A stretch of DNA of 64,000 nucleotides from Bacteroidota bacterium (GCA_041158165.1 JBEBBW010000002.1:19185-83184), one strand, 5' to 3'; positions 48,279 to 59,660 are shown, numbered from the stretch's first letter. Translations and numbers: made by a program. Notes: generated from the letters alone by a model not told the origin.

Positions 48279-51200
48279 ATGACGCACTTACTACGCCGCC
48301 TTGGTCTTGCCCTCATTGCGCAAACTGCACTGATAATCAGTGCACAAGCGCAAGTTACCACGGTATATTCTGAAGACTTTGACTCGCCTCCGCACAACGT
48401 CACCACCTTCCATACGCAGCCTGGCCCCAGTCCGTTTTGGAACGACACAAGCGCTTTGAGCGTTAGCGGCACGCACAGCTACCATGCTAACGTCTTGCCC
48501 CAAGACACGGTCTATTTTCAAACCCTCGCCTTTTCAACGGTTGGCAACTCCTTTGTGCGTCTTTCGTTCGACCACATCGGCAAAATTCACTTCGGTCAGC
48601 GCGGGTACATCAGCGTCTCCACCAACAACGGCGCCACTTGGACGACGCTAAGTGGTACCCACTACCGCGGATCCAGTACCAGTTTTGCAACCTTGGGGTA
48701 CGTAAACGAAGTCATGTATGCCAACTCCGCTACCTCACCGTATTGGGGCGGAGCCACAACCGTTGGTCAAGGTATCGCACCAACAAACGGATGGTGGGCA
48801 AACGAAGTATTCGACATTTCCAGTATTGCGGGCAGCGGACCATCTGGCACCGGCACCGGATTTTCGCAAGTTTTGGTTCGATTTGCCCTCCAGTACCGCG
48901 TTCCGAGCGGAACGGCCCAGACGGCTGGCTGGTTCATTGACAACGTGAAAGTTGAAGCGGCCCCATGTGAGCTCATTCCGCCCATCATCAAGTGGAACCT
49001 CAATCCGCGAAAAGAGCCCATCGGCGCACGCTACCAAGCTTCTGAGGAGATTCGGCTCCGGGCAACCGATAAAGTGCTCCCGAAGTCGGGCATGGACTCG
49101 GTTGTACTGCACTACCGCTTGAACAACGGTCCATGGAACTGGTTGAACATGACCGCAATTAACACGGCAAACTGCCCAGACTCTTCGGAGTACACCTACA
49201 CGTTCACCAACCTCGTGGTTGGCGACACGGTCGACTGGTACGTGATTGCTTACGACTGCGCCTGCGACGAAAACACTGTGAGGTCCCCTTCTACGGCAGC
49301 GGCTGTGACATTCAACACATTCTGGCGCGACCCGTCGCCCCCCGCAGTGTGTGGACCGTCGCTTCCGAACAGCTTCCCGTTTGTGGTCACGCAGTTCCCG
49401 TACCTTGAGAACTTCGAAGCTTTTTACTGGATGGCCGGTACCGGCGCAGGAACTTCGGGCACGACGCACCGAGGGGTGTTCCCACTTGGAAACCCTCCGG
49501 CAGGCCGCAACTACGAAGTCAGTCCGAGTCCGCTCACGGCCGGCTTCGGATGGTCGGTTCGTACTGGTCCCACCGCCACATTCGGCACTGGTCCTGCAGG
49601 CGACCATACCACCGGTGGGGGCAAGTACTTGTACACCGAAGCCTCACAGGGCACCTCGGGTAACAACACGCTGTTCATCACGCCCTGCTTTAAGCTCGAC
49701 AACCTCCCTCACGTCGCCGCCGAATTCTACTACCACAAGTTTGGTGCACACATGGGCAACTTGCGCATCGACATCGATACCGGCACCGGATTTACCACCG
49801 GCAACGGAGTTATTGGCGCAGCCCTGATCGTCGGCCAAACCCAACGCAGCAATACGGAAGCTTGGAAGAAGGCCTTCCTCAACTTGAATCCCTACAAGGG
49901 CAAGTACGTGCGGCTGCGCTTCGTCGGCTTCAAGTCCAACACGGCCACGAACGACCGCGGAGACATGGCAATTGACGACATCAAGATCTTTCAGCCCTTC
50001 GTGCGCGACATCAACCTGCTTGAGTCGTTCAGTCCACGCAACGGTTTCTGTACGTACACCAACCAAGAAAACGTTCGTGTTTTGGTTCGGACCGAAGGAT
50101 CTCAGACGTTGACGAAAATTCCGCTTGCGTTCTCAGTGAAAAATCTCAACACTGGGGTTACGGTCATCTCGCGAGACACCATTAACGGAACCTTTAACTT
50201 GGGTGATACGTTGACCTACAATTTTGTCCCTAAAGCCAACCTTAGCGCCTACACTGACTTCCAAGTATATATCTGGGCTGAACTCGCCAACGACGGCCAG
50301 CACAGCAATGACAGCATTGGGCCAATCACCATCGAACACATTCAGCCCATCACCTCGTTCCCGTACTTCCTAAACTTTGATGGTCCAGGATGGACTCCGG
50401 GCAACGGCACCACGGCCAACCCAGGAACCTTTGCCACGTCGGGTTGGTTTGCTTCTCCCGCCTCCAACAGCAGCGAGTACGCGTTCATGGTAGGTTCCAA
50501 TCTTACGCCTACCCCGAACACTGGTCCGCGCTGGTCTACGGCGCGCAAGGGCAACTACATCTATGCCGAAGGAAATTATGGCGCAAACAGCCCCTTCGCC
50601 CTGTTCCAGCAAGAAGGCTGTATTGACCTTACGGGCATGACCACACCGGTTATTTCGTTTTCGTACCACATGTTCGGAGCCGACATCGCTTCACTTGGCG
50701 TTCAGGTGGTACCGTCGGGTAGTAACACGTGGACTACCCTGACTGCTTCTGTGCTTACCGGCCAACAGCAGACGGCAAATACCGACGATTGGCGCCACCA
50801 AATGGTCGACCTTACCGCCTACGCCGGCCAGACGATCAAACTGCGCTTTGTCGCAGGTAAGACTGCAGCGGGATCACTTGCAGACATTGCCATTGACGAC
50901 ATCTTGATTTACGACCGCCCCAACAACGACGTGGGGGTAACGGCCATCACTTCACCGCCGAACACCGTATTTCTAACTACACCCCAGAATTTAATTCTCA
51001 AGGTCCGCAACTACGGAAAACAGGCCAAAACAAACGTTCCAGTAACGGTTAAAGTCACCGACCTATGTTCGCCAAGTTCGACGAATACCTACACCTACAC
51101 GGTGCCGAGCATCGCAGTGGGAGCCGAGGCCACGTTGACCGTAACCACTCCCGTGACCTATTGGGAAGGCGACCTTGAAATCAAGGCCTGGACTACGCTT

Positions 51201-53060
51201 GCCGGAGACGGATTTAGCCGTAACGATACCGCAGTGCGCGTCACCAACGGCAACACGAGCGCCATGATTCCATTTGGACCGGTAACGTTTGATAACTGTG
51301 TCGGAAACGAGTATTCCTTCTACGGCACCGGCGGAACCGGAACGCTTCAAATGTGGGAAATGGGTACGGTAGGCCAAGGATGGACTGCTGCTTCCGGCAC
51401 CCAAGCGTGGATGACGGGGCTTAATCAGAACTACAAGGGCAACAACACCGAATACCTTCGCATGCCCCCATTGACCAATTTCGACACCATCATGGGTGCC
51501 GAACTTCGCTTCAAGCACATCTTTGATTTTGCGCCCGGTGACGGCGGTAACGTAGAATACCTGCTCAACGGAACGTGGCGCACTCTCGGTAACGCTACGG
51601 CCAATATTGGTACCAACTGGTACGGTTCGAGCTACGGTTCGGCAGGTATTGTCAACCTCGGTAACCAACCTGGATGGGCCGGCAACAGCAGCAATCAGTG
51701 GATCACCTCCACCATTCCGCTGTCCTTGTGGAACTTCAGTGCAAACCCGCTCAACCTGCGCTTCCGCATGGGTGCCGGTGCAGGCAACTCGTCGCGCGGA
51801 TGGGCCATTGACGACGTACAGATCTACGTTCCGCCCCAAAATTCAATGGCTCCCATTAACATTGACACCAAGGAGTACTTGATTGTACCCGATCAGACGT
51901 CAACGGTCAAAGTTTATCTAGAAAACACGGGAGCCAAGCCGGTTAGTTCGATTCTCGTTCGCTACAAGGTGAACAACGGAGCGTGGACCACCTACGACAC
52001 CCTGACGTTTTCGCCGGCTCTCCCCCGCGGAGGCCGACGCTGGCACGAATTCAGCCAACTTTGGCTGAACAACGGCGCAGGAACCTACAGCATCTGCGTT
52101 GAAACGTCTACGCCCAACGGCAAGCAAGACAACCTGGTGGCCGACGACCAACTGTGCTTGAACTTCCCTGTGTCTGACAAAATTTACATCGACGCCACAG
52201 GGTACTGCAACGACTTTGAGGACGCGTCAAAAGCCGCCTGGCTTCCCCTCCACTCTAGCGTGAAGACGGCCGCCCACGACTGGGAGTTCGGAACCCCTGG
52301 TCAGACGGTCATCAGCAGTGCGGCAAGCGGCACCAAAGCATGGATGACGAAGCTCTCCTCGAACTACACACCGATGGGCCGCAGCTCGCTTCACACGCCC
52401 TTCTTTGTGCTCGACAGCAACGTCGTGTACACCATGAAGTTTGACCACAACATGTTCTCGGAACAGTACCACGACGGCGGAAGCATCGACTGGTCCTACA
52501 ACGGTGGCATCAACTGGTACACGCTGGGCAACGTGCTTCCTTCAGGCAAGTGGTACAACACGGTGCACGTGACGAGTCTTGACAACATCCGTCCGGGATG
52601 GTCAGGCACCACCAACGGTTGGACCCCGTCAAGTATCAACTTCACGGCCGACAACAGCGGTACGCTGGTATTCCGGTTCCGCTTCGGCTCGGACTACACT
52701 ATTGTGAACGAAGGTTGGGCGATCGACAACTTCTGCCTGCAGCGCGCACCCCTTGGCACGCCAGCCGACATCCTGAACATCGGGGTGCCTGAAGCGAGCC
52801 TCGGCGATGCCTTCTTGGGCGGAGTGAGTCCAAACCCCACGGCTGGCGGCACCGCAGGTGTTGACTTCCAGTCTAACGAGGGCGGAACCTTGCGCCTTAC
52901 CGTGTACACGATGCTGGGTCAGCCCGTGTTCAGCCAGAACTTCGAGCACAGCGGCGGCCTCGTTCGCATGGAGTGGGAAACGGCAGAACTCCCTGCAGGC
53001 TTGTACAACGCGGTGATCGAGTGGAACGGACAGTCCTACACCCGCCGTTTCGTCCGGTAG
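48279..53060 (+). CDS. secreted giant multi-MAM-type-module protein with type-A T9SS C-terminal domain
   Basis: 1593 aa with signal peptide ..LIAQTALIISAQAQ. At least four or five modules end in AIDD(I/V)xI / AIDNF. MAM-like cores include GTGPAGDHTTGGGKYLYTEAS and NTGPRWSTARKGNYIYAEG. The C-terminal ..GVSPNPTAGG...LPAGLYNAVI.. tail is a T9SS CTD. A TATATTTG -7 box lies 40 nt upstream. Confidence 0.9.
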   Translation: MTHLLRRLGLALIAQTALIISAQAQVTTVYSEDFDSPPHNVTTFHTQPGPSPFWNDTSALSVSGTHSYHANVLPQDTVYFQTLAFSTVGNSFVRLSFDHIGKIHFGQRGYISVSTNNGATWTTLSGTHYRGSSTSFATLGYVNEVMYANSATSPYWGGATTVGQGIAPTNGWWANEVFDISSIAGSGPSGTGTGFSQVLVRFALQYRVPSGTAQTAGWFIDNVKVEAAPCELIPPIIKWNLNPRKEPIGARYQASEEIRLRATDKVLPKSGMDSVVLHYRLNNGPWNWLNMTAINTANCPDSSEYTYTFTNLVVGDTVDWYVIAYDCACDENTVRSPSTAAAVTFNTFWRDPSPPAVCGPSLPNSFPFVVTQFPYLENFEAFYWMAGTGAGTSGTTHRGVFPLGNPPAGRNYEVSPSPLTAGFGWSVRTGPTATFGTGPAGDHTTGGGKYLYTEASQGTSGNNTLFITPCFKLDNLPHVAAEFYYHKFGAHMGNLRIDIDTGTGFTTGNGVIGAALIVGQTQRSNTEAWKKAFLNLNPYKGKYVRLRFVGFKSNTATNDRGDMAIDDIKIFQPFVRDINLLESFSPRNGFCTYTNQENVRVLVRTEGSQTLTKIPLAFSVKNLNTGVTVISRDTINGTFNLGDTLTYNFVPKANLSAYTDFQVYIWAELANDGQHSNDSIGPITIEHIQPITSFPYFLNFDGPGWTPGNGTTANPGTFATSGWFASPASNSSEYAFMVGSNLTPTPNTGPRWSTARKGNYIYAEGNYGANSPFALFQQEGCIDLTGMTTPVISFSYHMFGADIASLGVQVVPSGSNTWTTLTASVLTGQQQTANTDDWRHQMVDLTAYAGQTIKLRFVAGKTAAGSLADIAIDDILIYDRPNNDVGVTAITSPPNTVFLTTPQNLILKVRNYGKQAKTNVPVTVKVTDLCSPSSTNTYTYTVPSIAVGAEATLTVTTPVTYWEGDLEIKAWTTLAGDGFSRNDTAVRVTNGNTSAMIPFGPVTFDNCVGNEYSFYGTGGTGTLQMWEMGTVGQGWTAASGTQAWMTGLNQNYKGNNTEYLRMPPLTNFDTIMGAELRFKHIFDFAPGDGGNVEYLLNGTWRTLGNATANIGTNWYGSSYGSAGIVNLGNQPGWAGNSSNQWITSTIPLSLWNFSANPLNLRFRMGAGAGNSSRGWAIDDVQIYVPPQNSMAPINIDTKEYLIVPDQTSTVKVYLENTGAKPVSSILVRYKVNNGAWTTYDTLTFSPALPRGGRRWHEFSQLWLNNGAGTYSICVETSTPNGKQDNLVADDQLCLNFPVSDKIYIDATGYCNDFEDASKAAWLPLHSSVKTAAHDWEFGTPGQTVISSAASGTKAWMTKLSSNYTPMGRSSLHTPFFVLDSNVVYTMKFDHNMFSEQYHDGGSIDWSYNGGINWYTLGNVLPSGKWYNTVHVTSLDNIRPGWSGTTNGWTPSSINFTADNSGTLVFRFRFGSDYTIVNEGWAIDNFCLQRAPLGTPADILNIGVPEASLGDAFLGGVSPNPTAGGTAGVDFQSNEGGTLRLTVYTMLGQPVFSQNFEHSGGLVRMEWETAELPAGLYNAVIEWNGQSYTRRFVR

Positions 53061-53089
53061 CATTCCGCGCCTGGAGCGCACTTTGAGCC

Positions 53090-53126
53090 AAAAAGGCAGT
53101 TGTTTGCACAAAACACTGCCTTTTTG
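53090..53126 (+). terminator. intrinsic terminator after the giant MAM gene
   Basis: aaaaaGGCAGTtgtttgcacaaaacACTGCCttttt. It is flanked by A- and T-runs. Confidence 0.75.
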
Positions 53127-53171
53127 TCGTTTAAGGCGCTAGGGCACAGGGCTTGAGCAGGTCTACGGCGT

Positions 53172-55739
53172 ATGGACAACCTTACGTTAAAAACCCAATC
53201 TGCCCTGCAGGCCGCCCAGCAACTGGCGGTTTCGCGCGGGCACCAGGCCGTTGAATCGGCCCACATTCTGCTCGGTGCGTTGGAATCGGACCGAAGCTTG
53301 ATGGAAGACTTGCTGCGTCGGGCCGGAATAGCCCCCGACGTGCTGGCTCGAACGGCCGAGGCGCTCCTGGCGAAGCAAGGCCGAGTCGAAGGCGGCGACG
53401 TCTACTTCAGCCGCACCGCTCAGTCTGCCCTAGCCCACGCCGCCGCTGCGGCTAAAAAATTTGGCGACGACTACGTCAGCTTGGAATTCGTCCTCCTGGG
53501 ACTGGGGACTGCCAGCGACGCCATGGGGCAAGCCCTTCGGGACGCCGGCTTCCGCGAAAAGGAATTTACCGACGTCATTGCCCAGCTCCGCCAAGGCAAA
53601 AAAGCGCAGTCTGCGTCGGCCGAAGGCAGCTACCAAGCACTAAAGAAGTACGCGATTGACCTCAACGAACGCGCCGAGACCGGCAAGCTCGACCCCGTCA
53701 TCGGCCGAGACGACGAAATTCGTCGGGTGCTGCAAATCCTGTCGCGCCGAACGAAAAACAATCCGGTCTTGGTCGGCGAACCCGGCGTAGGTAAAACCGC
53801 CATCGCCGAGGGCCTCGCCCACCGCATCGTGCGGGGCGACGTTCCCGAGAACCTCCAGGGCAAGAAGATCTTCTCGCTCGACATGGGCGCCCTGATTGCC
53901 GGCGCCAAGTACAAAGGCGAGTTTGAGGAGCGCCTCAAGTCGGTCGTCCAAGAGGTGACCAACGCCGAGGGCGAACTCATTCTCTTCATCGACGAAATTC
54001 ACACCCTGGTGGGTGCAGGCGGCGGAGAAGGCGCGATGGACGCGGCCAACATCCTCAAGCCGGCCTTGGCCCGGGGCGAACTGCGCTGCGTGGGCGCGAC
54101 GACCTTGAACGAGTTCCAGAAGTACTTTGAAAAAGACAAGGCCCTGGAGCGCCGCTTTCAAAAGGTGCTGGTCGAAGAGCCCGACACCGAGGCTTCCATC
54201 GCCATCTTGCGCGGAATCAAAGAAAAATACGAAGGCCATCACAAGGTGCGCATCAAGGACGAAGCGGTGGTGCAGTCCGTGCTGCTCAGCCAGCGCTACA
54301 TCTCCGACCGCTTCTTGCCCGACAAGGCGATTGACCTGATGGACGAGGCGGCGTCCAAACTCCGCCTTGAAATCAACTCGAAGCCCGAGGAACTCGACGA
54401 CCTGGACCGCAAGATCATTCAGCTCGAAATTGAGCGCGAAGCGATTCAGCGCGAAGACGACCCGAAGCGACTGAACTTACTGAAGCAGGAACTCGCCGCG
54501 CTCAACGAAAAACGCAGTGCGCTCGGCGCTCAGTGGTCCGCCGAAAAAGAGGCCGTAGAACGCATCCAGCGCGCCAAAGAAGACGCGGAACGCCTCAAGC
54601 TCGAGGCCGAACAGGCCGAGCGCAACGGCGACTACGCCAAGGTGGCCGAGATCCGCTACGGCAAGCTCGCGGCGGCCGAGCAGGCGATCACCGACGGACT
54701 GGCTGCGCTCGACGCGATGCGCTCGGAACGCCGCGCCATGGTCCAAGAAGAGGTGGGTGCCGAGGACATCGCCGAGGTGGTGTCGCGCTGGACGGGAATT
54801 CCCGTGAGCAAAATGCTCGAAAGTGAACGAAGTAAGCTGTTGCGGCTCGAAGACGAGCTGCACCAACGCGTGGTGGGCCAAAACGAGGCGATCGAAGCGG
54901 TGTCGGACGCGCTGCGTCGGGCGCGCGCCGGCTTGGGCGACCCCAAGCGGCCGATCGGCTCCTTCTTGTTCTTAGGACCCACTGGGGTCGGTAAAACGGA
55001 ACTGGCCCGCGCGCTCGCCGAGTTTTTGTTTGACGACGAGCAAGCGATGGTGCGCATCGACATGAGTGAATACCAGGAGCGGCACAGCGTGTCGCGACTG
55101 GTGGGAGCGCCTCCGGGCTACGTTGGCTACGACGAGGGCGGGCAGTTGACCGAGGCGGTGCGCCGGCGCCCCTACGCGGTGGTGCTGCTCGACGAGATCG
55201 AGAAAGCGCACCCCGAAGTGTTTAATGTGCTGCTTCAGGTGCTCGACGACGGCCGTCTAACCGACGGCAAGGGGCGCACAGTCAACTTTACCCACAGCGT
55301 GGTGGTGATGACCAGCAACCTTGGTTCGGACCTCTTGCTGGACGGCGAAGGCCCCGAGGCGGTGCAGCAGCTGCTTCGCAAGACGCTGCGCCCCGAGTTT
55401 CTGAACCGCATCGACGAGGTCATCACCTTCCATCCCCTGGGCGAAGCCCACGTGCGCCGCATCGTGCAGCTTCAACTCAACGAGGTCAAAAAGCGCCTCA
55501 GCGAGCAAGAAATCACGATCGAATTCACACCTGAAGCTGTGGACGCGTTGGCGGCCGAAGGATTTGATCCGGCATTTGGCGCACGCCCACTCAAGCGCAC
55601 GGTACAGCGACGCATCCTGAATGACTTGGCCAAAAAGCTCCTGAGCGGCGAAGTCCAGCGCGACGCAGTGGTCTTGTGCGACGCCGTCGACGGCGCCATT
55701 TTCTTCACCAATACCCAGCTGGGCCTCAACCAGGCCTAG
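53172..55739 (+). CDS. clpB: ATP-dependent chaperone ClpB
   Basis: 855 aa. It has two AAA+ modules ([18 protein letters not shown]) and a long middle coiled-coil domain. Confidence 0.97.
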   Translation: MDNLTLKTQSALQAAQQLAVSRGHQAVESAHILLGALESDRSLMEDLLRRAGIAPDVLARTAEALLAKQGRVEGGDVYFSRTAQSALAHAAAAAKKFGDDYVSLEFVLLGLGTASDAMGQALRDAGFREKEFTDVIAQLRQGKKAQSASAEGSYQALKKYAIDLNERAETGKLDPVIGRDDEIRRVLQILSRRTKNNPVLVGEPGVGKTAIAEGLAHRIVRGDVPENLQGKKIFSLDMGALIAGAKYKGEFEERLKSVVQEVTNAEGELILFIDEIHTLVGAGGGEGAMDAANILKPALARGELRCVGATTLNEFQKYFEKDKALERRFQKVLVEEPDTEASIAILRGIKEKYEGHHKVRIKDEAVVQSVLLSQRYISDRFLPDKAIDLMDEAASKLRLEINSKPEELDDLDRKIIQLEIEREAIQREDDPKRLNLLKQELAALNEKRSALGAQWSAEKEAVERIQRAKEDAERLKLEAEQAERNGDYAKVAEIRYGKLAAAEQAITDGLAALDAMRSERRAMVQEEVGAEDIAEVVSRWTGIPVSKMLESERSKLLRLEDELHQRVVGQNEAIEAVSDALRRARAGLGDPKRPIGSFLFLGPTGVGKTELARALAEFLFDDEQAMVRIDMSEYQERHSVSRLVGAPPGYVGYDEGGQLTEAVRRRPYAVVLLDEIEKAHPEVFNVLLQVLDDGRLTDGKGRTVNFTHSVVVMTSNLGSDLLLDGEGPEAVQQLLRKTLRPEFLNRIDEVITFHPLGEAHVRRIVQLQLNEVKKRLSEQEITIEFTPEAVDALAAEGFDPAFGARPLKRTVQRRILNDLAKKLLSGEVQRDAVVLCDAVDGAIFFTNTQLGLNQA

Positions 55740-56734
55740 CGGGTAATGGCCTTGAGGTAGCGGCTGCGGTTGCGCAGGTGCTCTGCGTAGCTCTTCGAAA
55801 AGAGGTGAAATCCCGGTTTGGCGGGGTTCGCACAAAAAAAGAGCTCACCGGTGGCCCGCGACGCCAGCACGCTGTCGATCACCGGCGGATGCACGGTAGC
55901 CAGCGGCCCCGGCGGCAAGCCTTTGTTCCGGTACGTATTGAAGGGGTGCGCAACCCGAAGCATGGCGCCCGTCACACGGCGAATGGGCGCTTCAGCCAGA
56001 CCGCGATCGAGCACGGCGTAGACCACGGTAGGATCCGCCTCCAAGCGCTTACCCTGCTTCAAGCGCGTCAGGTACACTCCAGCGATGCGGGGCCACTCCG
56101 AGGGCTCCTTGGATTCGGCCTGAACGATGCTCGCCAGCACCGCCACTTCGTAGCGACTAAGTCCGAGTTCCGTCGCGGCAGTGCAGCGCTGCGCATTCCA
56201 AAAAGCGTCGAATTCGCGCCCCATGCGCTCGGCAACTTCGGTTGGCGTGAGCGACGCGTAGACTTCGTAGGTATTGGGCAGCACCGGCACAATGCTGTCG
56301 CCCCCAAACAGCGCGGAATCCAACTCGTCGGCAGGTTCAAAAAACGTGGTCGCCAGGCGCTCCACCAGGGCTGCACGCCCTTGGTAGCCGCGCACCACCA
56401 GCGAGCGCGGCGTTTCATAGCCCATTTTCAGGCGCCGCAGGCTGCGCCACCACGGGTCGCTTGGCGAAATTTCATAGTAACCGCGCGGAACCTGAAAGTT
56501 CCCCTGCAGCCTGGCCCCAAAACGCAAGAGGTTCAAATGGGCTTTGGGGTTCTGCTTCGCCACGCTGTCGAGCACCTCCAGCACCCGGGTGGAATCCTTG
56601 GGCACGCGCACCGACACCGGTTCGGAACTAAAGTCCTGTGAAGGCCAAAGCCCCACGACGGCCGCGGCCAGGGCAAAAACCCCGGCGAGCCACCAGGGGC
56701 GAATGCGGCGCGACTTGCGGGAACGCTGGCTCAC
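55736..56734 (-). CDS. mltG: endolytic murein transglycosylase MltG (YceG-like)
   Basis: 332 aa with an N-terminal TM anchor. The YceG-like core includes ..ASIVQAES.. and ..HPFNTYRNKGLPPGP... Its GTG start overlaps the GNAT gene stop. Confidence 0.88.
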   Translation of the reverse strand: MSQRSRKSRRIRPWWLAGVFALAAAVVGLWPSQDFSSEPVSVRVPKDSTRVLEVLDSVAKQNPKAHLNLLRFGARLQGNFQVPRGYYEISPSDPWWRSLRRLKMGYETPRSLVVRGYQGRAALVERLATTFFEPADELDSALFGGDSIVPVLPNTYEVYASLTPTEVAERMGREFDAFWNAQRCTAATELGLSRYEVAVLASIVQAESKEPSEWPRIAGVYLTRLKQGKRLEADPTVVYAVLDRGLAEAPIRRVTGAMLRVAHPFNTYRNKGLPPGPLATVHPPVIDSVLASRATGELFFCANPAKPGFHLFSKSYAEHLRNRSRYLKAITR

Positions 56735-57231
56735 GACCTCATGCGTTGAAGAAGTTCCACATCGCGAAATTCACGTCCCACGCGGTACCACGCTTTGAGC
56801 CGCCCTGAAGCCTCGTAGCCGCTCGACGCAAAAAGCCGCAGCGCCGCCGTATTGTCGGTAAACACTTCAGCGTACAAGCTGCGCAGTCCGGCGCGGCCAA
56901 AAGCCCAATGCTCCACAAGCCGGAGCCCTTCTTTCGCCAACCCCCTTTTTCGCAACGCGGGATCGACGAGCACCGCCACCTCGGCGCGCTGGTGCACCGG
57001 CTGGGCGTTGAAGACATCAAAAAGTCCGAGCGCCGAACCCCGTTCGTTGGTAAGGACAAAACGCACTTGCTCGGCTTCCCAAAAATCGCGGTGCGACTCA
57101 TCGAGGTAGCGCTTCAGTACCGATCGGCTGTAGGGCGCCACGCGCAGCCCCGCGTTGACGTGGTCGGCCTCCCAGCGAACCAGGCAATCAAGGTCTTCGG
57201 GTTCCAGGGCGCGCAGGCTCAGGCCTTCCAT
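56731..57231 (-). CDS. GNAT family N-acetyltransferase
   Basis: 166 aa. It has ..RKRGLAKEGLRLVEHWAF.. (acetyl-CoA binding motif A) in a RimJ/RimL-like layout. Confidence 0.8.
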   Translation of the reverse strand: MEGLSLRALEPEDLDCLVRWEADHVNAGLRVAPYSRSVLKRYLDESHRDFWEAEQVRFVLTNERGSALGLFDVFNAQPVHQRAEVAVLVDPALRKRGLAKEGLRLVEHWAFGRAGLRSLYAEVFTDNTAALRLFASSGYEASGRLKAWYRVGREFRDVELLQRMRS

Positions 57232-57992
57232 TCTCCGTCAAAAACGCGGGCCACGGGCCCTGTGAGTACGATGTCGGTGAATCCCTCGGAATGGGCGGTG
57301 AAGGCCACCTCGAGGAGGCCGCCCGGGGCCGAGAGCTGAACGGGGCTCTTTAGGCCCCAAAGCCGGTGGGCCACCAGGGCAGCGGCCACCGCGCCGGTGC
57401 CGCAGCTGAGGGTTTCGTCTTCTACACCCCGTTCGTAGGTGCGCATCGCGCAGGCCTCGCCGCCCTCCTGCTTCAACCAATTAATGTTGGCTCCGGCCGC
57501 ACCGTAGGCCCCGTAGCGAAGGGTCCGCCCCTCTTCCACCGCGTCGACCGCATCGAGTTCGGCGGTGGGGATTACGTGGTGCGGTGAACCGGTGTCCACA
57601 AACCAACCGCCGTGCTGCGCCACCGGATTGGGGGCATCCGCAAAACCCACGGAAACGCGACCGCCTTCGTGCCAGGTGGCGCGGTGTAGTCCGTCGGCCG
57701 CCACGAAGGTGCACGTGCTTCCCGAAAACAGACCCTGAGTACGGGCAAAGTCTACGGCGCATCGGGAACCGTTTCCGCAAAGCGAACCCAAATTTCCGTC
57801 GGCGTTGTAGTAGTCGACGCGAAAATCCGCTCCGTCCACGGGCCCCACTACCATGAATCCGTCGGCCCCCACACCGAATCGGCGGTGGCAGAGTTCCGCG
57901 ACCAAAATGGCAGGCCAAACGGCATCCAAGGCGCCGCGAACAACCACAAAGTCGTTGCCGCTGCCGTGGTACTTGACAAATCGTCGGAACAT
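57219..57992 (-). CDS. dapF: diaminopimelate epimerase
   Basis: I trimmed the start to MFRRFVKYHGSGNDFVVV. The two catalytic Cys loops are CGNGSRC and SCGTGAVAA. The 147-aa upstream extension in the ORF track is not DapF-like. Confidence 0.92.
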   Translation of the reverse strand: MFRRFVKYHGSGNDFVVVRGALDAVWPAILVAELCHRRFGVGADGFMVVGPVDGADFRVDYYNADGNLGSLCGNGSRCAVDFARTQGLFSGSTCTFVAADGLHRATWHEGGRVSVGFADAPNPVAQHGGWFVDTGSPHHVIPTAELDAVDAVEEGRTLRYGAYGAAGANINWLKQEGGEACAMRTYERGVEDETLSCGTGAVAAALVAHRLWGLKSPVQLSAPGGLLEVAFTAHSEGFTDIVLTGPVARVFDGEWKA

Positions 57993-58064
57993 ACTGCGAA
58001 TGTAGGCCGTGGAACAGTTTTTGAATCCGCACCTGCCGTCATTTAACGCTAAAATCAGTACGTC

Positions 58065-59513
58065 ATGACCCAACCCAAAGTTTTTGCCGCCTTCGCTGGC
58101 GTCGCACTGGCTGCCGGACTCGGCGGTGCCGCGCTCTACGACGCCTTCAGTACGCCCACCGGACCCCAATCGATGTGGTCCGAGTCGACCGGCCGCTTCG
58201 TGGCCGACCGTCCGGCGTTGGTTACCTCCACCGACTTCAGCGCCGCCGCCGAAACGGCCGTGCATGCCGTAGTCCACGTGAAAACAGCCGTGGAACAGGG
58301 CTACACGTTTAACCCGTTTAACGAGTTCTTTTTTGGATTCGGGCAAACGCCCCAAATGCAGCCGCGCATTGTTCAAGGTTCCGGTTCCGGGGTGATTATT
58401 AGCCCCGACGGCTACATCGTCACCAACAACCACGTCATCGACAAGGCTAAGGAGGTCAAAGTCAGCCTCAACAGCAACAAAGAGTACGTGGCCAAGGTGG
58501 TGGGCGTCGACCCCACCACCGATCTGGCCGTCCTAAAAATTGAGGCCGAGAATTTGCCCTCGCTGGCCTTTGCCAACAGCGACGAGGTTCGCCTGGGCGA
58601 ATGGGTGCTCGCGGTAGGCAATCCCTTCAACCTCAACAGCACGGTGACGGCCGGAATCATCAGCGCCAAAGGCCGCAGCATCAACATCATCGACAACCAG
58701 TCCGCGATCGAGGCCTTCATTCAGACCGACGCCGTCGTAAACCCCGGCAATTCCGGCGGCGCGCTGATCAATACGCGCGGAGATTTGATCGGCATCAATA
58801 CCGCCATTTCGACGCGCACCGGCAGCTACGAAGGCTACAGCTTCGCCGTTCCGGCGAACATCGTGCGCAAGGTCGTTGACGACCTCACGAAGTACGGGGT
58901 CGTACAGCGGGCCTACCTCGGAGTCAACATTGCCGACATCACGCCGGAACTGGCCAAAGAGTTGAACATCAAAGAAACCCAAGGGGTTTACCTCTCTGAC
59001 GTGACTGAAGGCGGTGCGGCGGCCGAGGCCGGAATCAAAAAGGGCGACATCCTCGTGCAAGCCGGCGGCAAAGCCGTGAAGAAAATGTCGGAACTGCTCG
59101 AAGTCATCGGCAGCCGCCGTCCCGGCGACAAAATGACGGTAGTCGTGCTGCGCGACGGAAAGGAAAAAACGTTTAACGTAACGCTACGCAACCGCCAAGG
59201 CAACACCGACGTACTCAAGAAAGACGATGTGGCCTCGCTGGCGTCACTTGGCGCTACGTTTGACGCGCTGACGCCCAACGACAAGGCTCGTTTCGGACTG
59301 CGTTCTGGAGTCAAGATCACCGACCCGGGCAATGGCAAGCTCGCCGCTGCCGGAGTGCCCGCAGGCTTCATTTTGGTGAAGCTGAACAACAAATTGGTGT
59401 CAAGCGCCGACGAAGTCGCCAAAATCCTTGGTGAACTTGGCCCGGGCGACGGCGTACTCATTCAAGGCTACCGACCCAACGGCCGCGCCGAGGTATTTGC
59501 CTTCGCGCTGTAA
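58065..59513 (+). CDS. HtrA/DegQ-family periplasmic serine endoprotease with PDZ domains
   Basis: 482 aa. The catalytic triad context is TNNHV...DLAVLKI...GNSGGAL, followed by PDZ-like segments. Confidence 0.92.
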   Translation: MTQPKVFAAFAGVALAAGLGGAALYDAFSTPTGPQSMWSESTGRFVADRPALVTSTDFSAAAETAVHAVVHVKTAVEQGYTFNPFNEFFFGFGQTPQMQPRIVQGSGSGVIISPDGYIVTNNHVIDKAKEVKVSLNSNKEYVAKVVGVDPTTDLAVLKIEAENLPSLAFANSDEVRLGEWVLAVGNPFNLNSTVTAGIISAKGRSINIIDNQSAIEAFIQTDAVVNPGNSGGALINTRGDLIGINTAISTRTGSYEGYSFAVPANIVRKVVDDLTKYGVVQRAYLGVNIADITPELAKELNIKETQGVYLSDVTEGGAAAEAGIKKGDILVQAGGKAVKKMSELLEVIGSRRPGDKMTVVVLRDGKEKTFNVTLRNRQGNTDVLKKDDVASLASLGATFDALTPNDKARFGLRSGVKITDPGNGKLAAAGVPAGFILVKLNNKLVSSADEVAKILGELGPGDGVLIQGYRPNGRAEVFAFAL

Positions 59514-59536
59514 ACGCGGTGCGCCCTGGAGGGTAC

Positions 59537-59587
59537 AGCCGGTTTTGCGTGGACTAAGTGTCCAAAATACGCAAAACCGGCTTTTTT
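59537..59587 (+). terminator. intrinsic terminator after htrA
   Basis: A 14-bp perfect stem AGCCGGTTTTGCGT ... ACGCAAAACCGGCT followed by TTTTT. Confidence 0.85.
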
Positions 59588-59660
59588 AATTTCCTGGAAT
59601 TCCGCCGCTTACCAAATACAAATTGCATGAAATTGGCTTGAGTCGGGCCTCGTGCCAAAG

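Noticed and set aside
57993-58433. N-terminally extended versions of real genes in the ORF track: dapF to 58433, pgm from 29190, PPIase to 24847, symporter to 43090, ndk from 26148, gcvT to 63573, DUF368 from 17797 and the exonuclease from 46826.
   Set aside because: The extensions are not similar to the respective families and overlap neighbouring genes or promoters. Internal start codons give canonical N-termini, for example MFRRFVKYHGSGNDF for DapF and [16 protein letters not shown] for Ndk.
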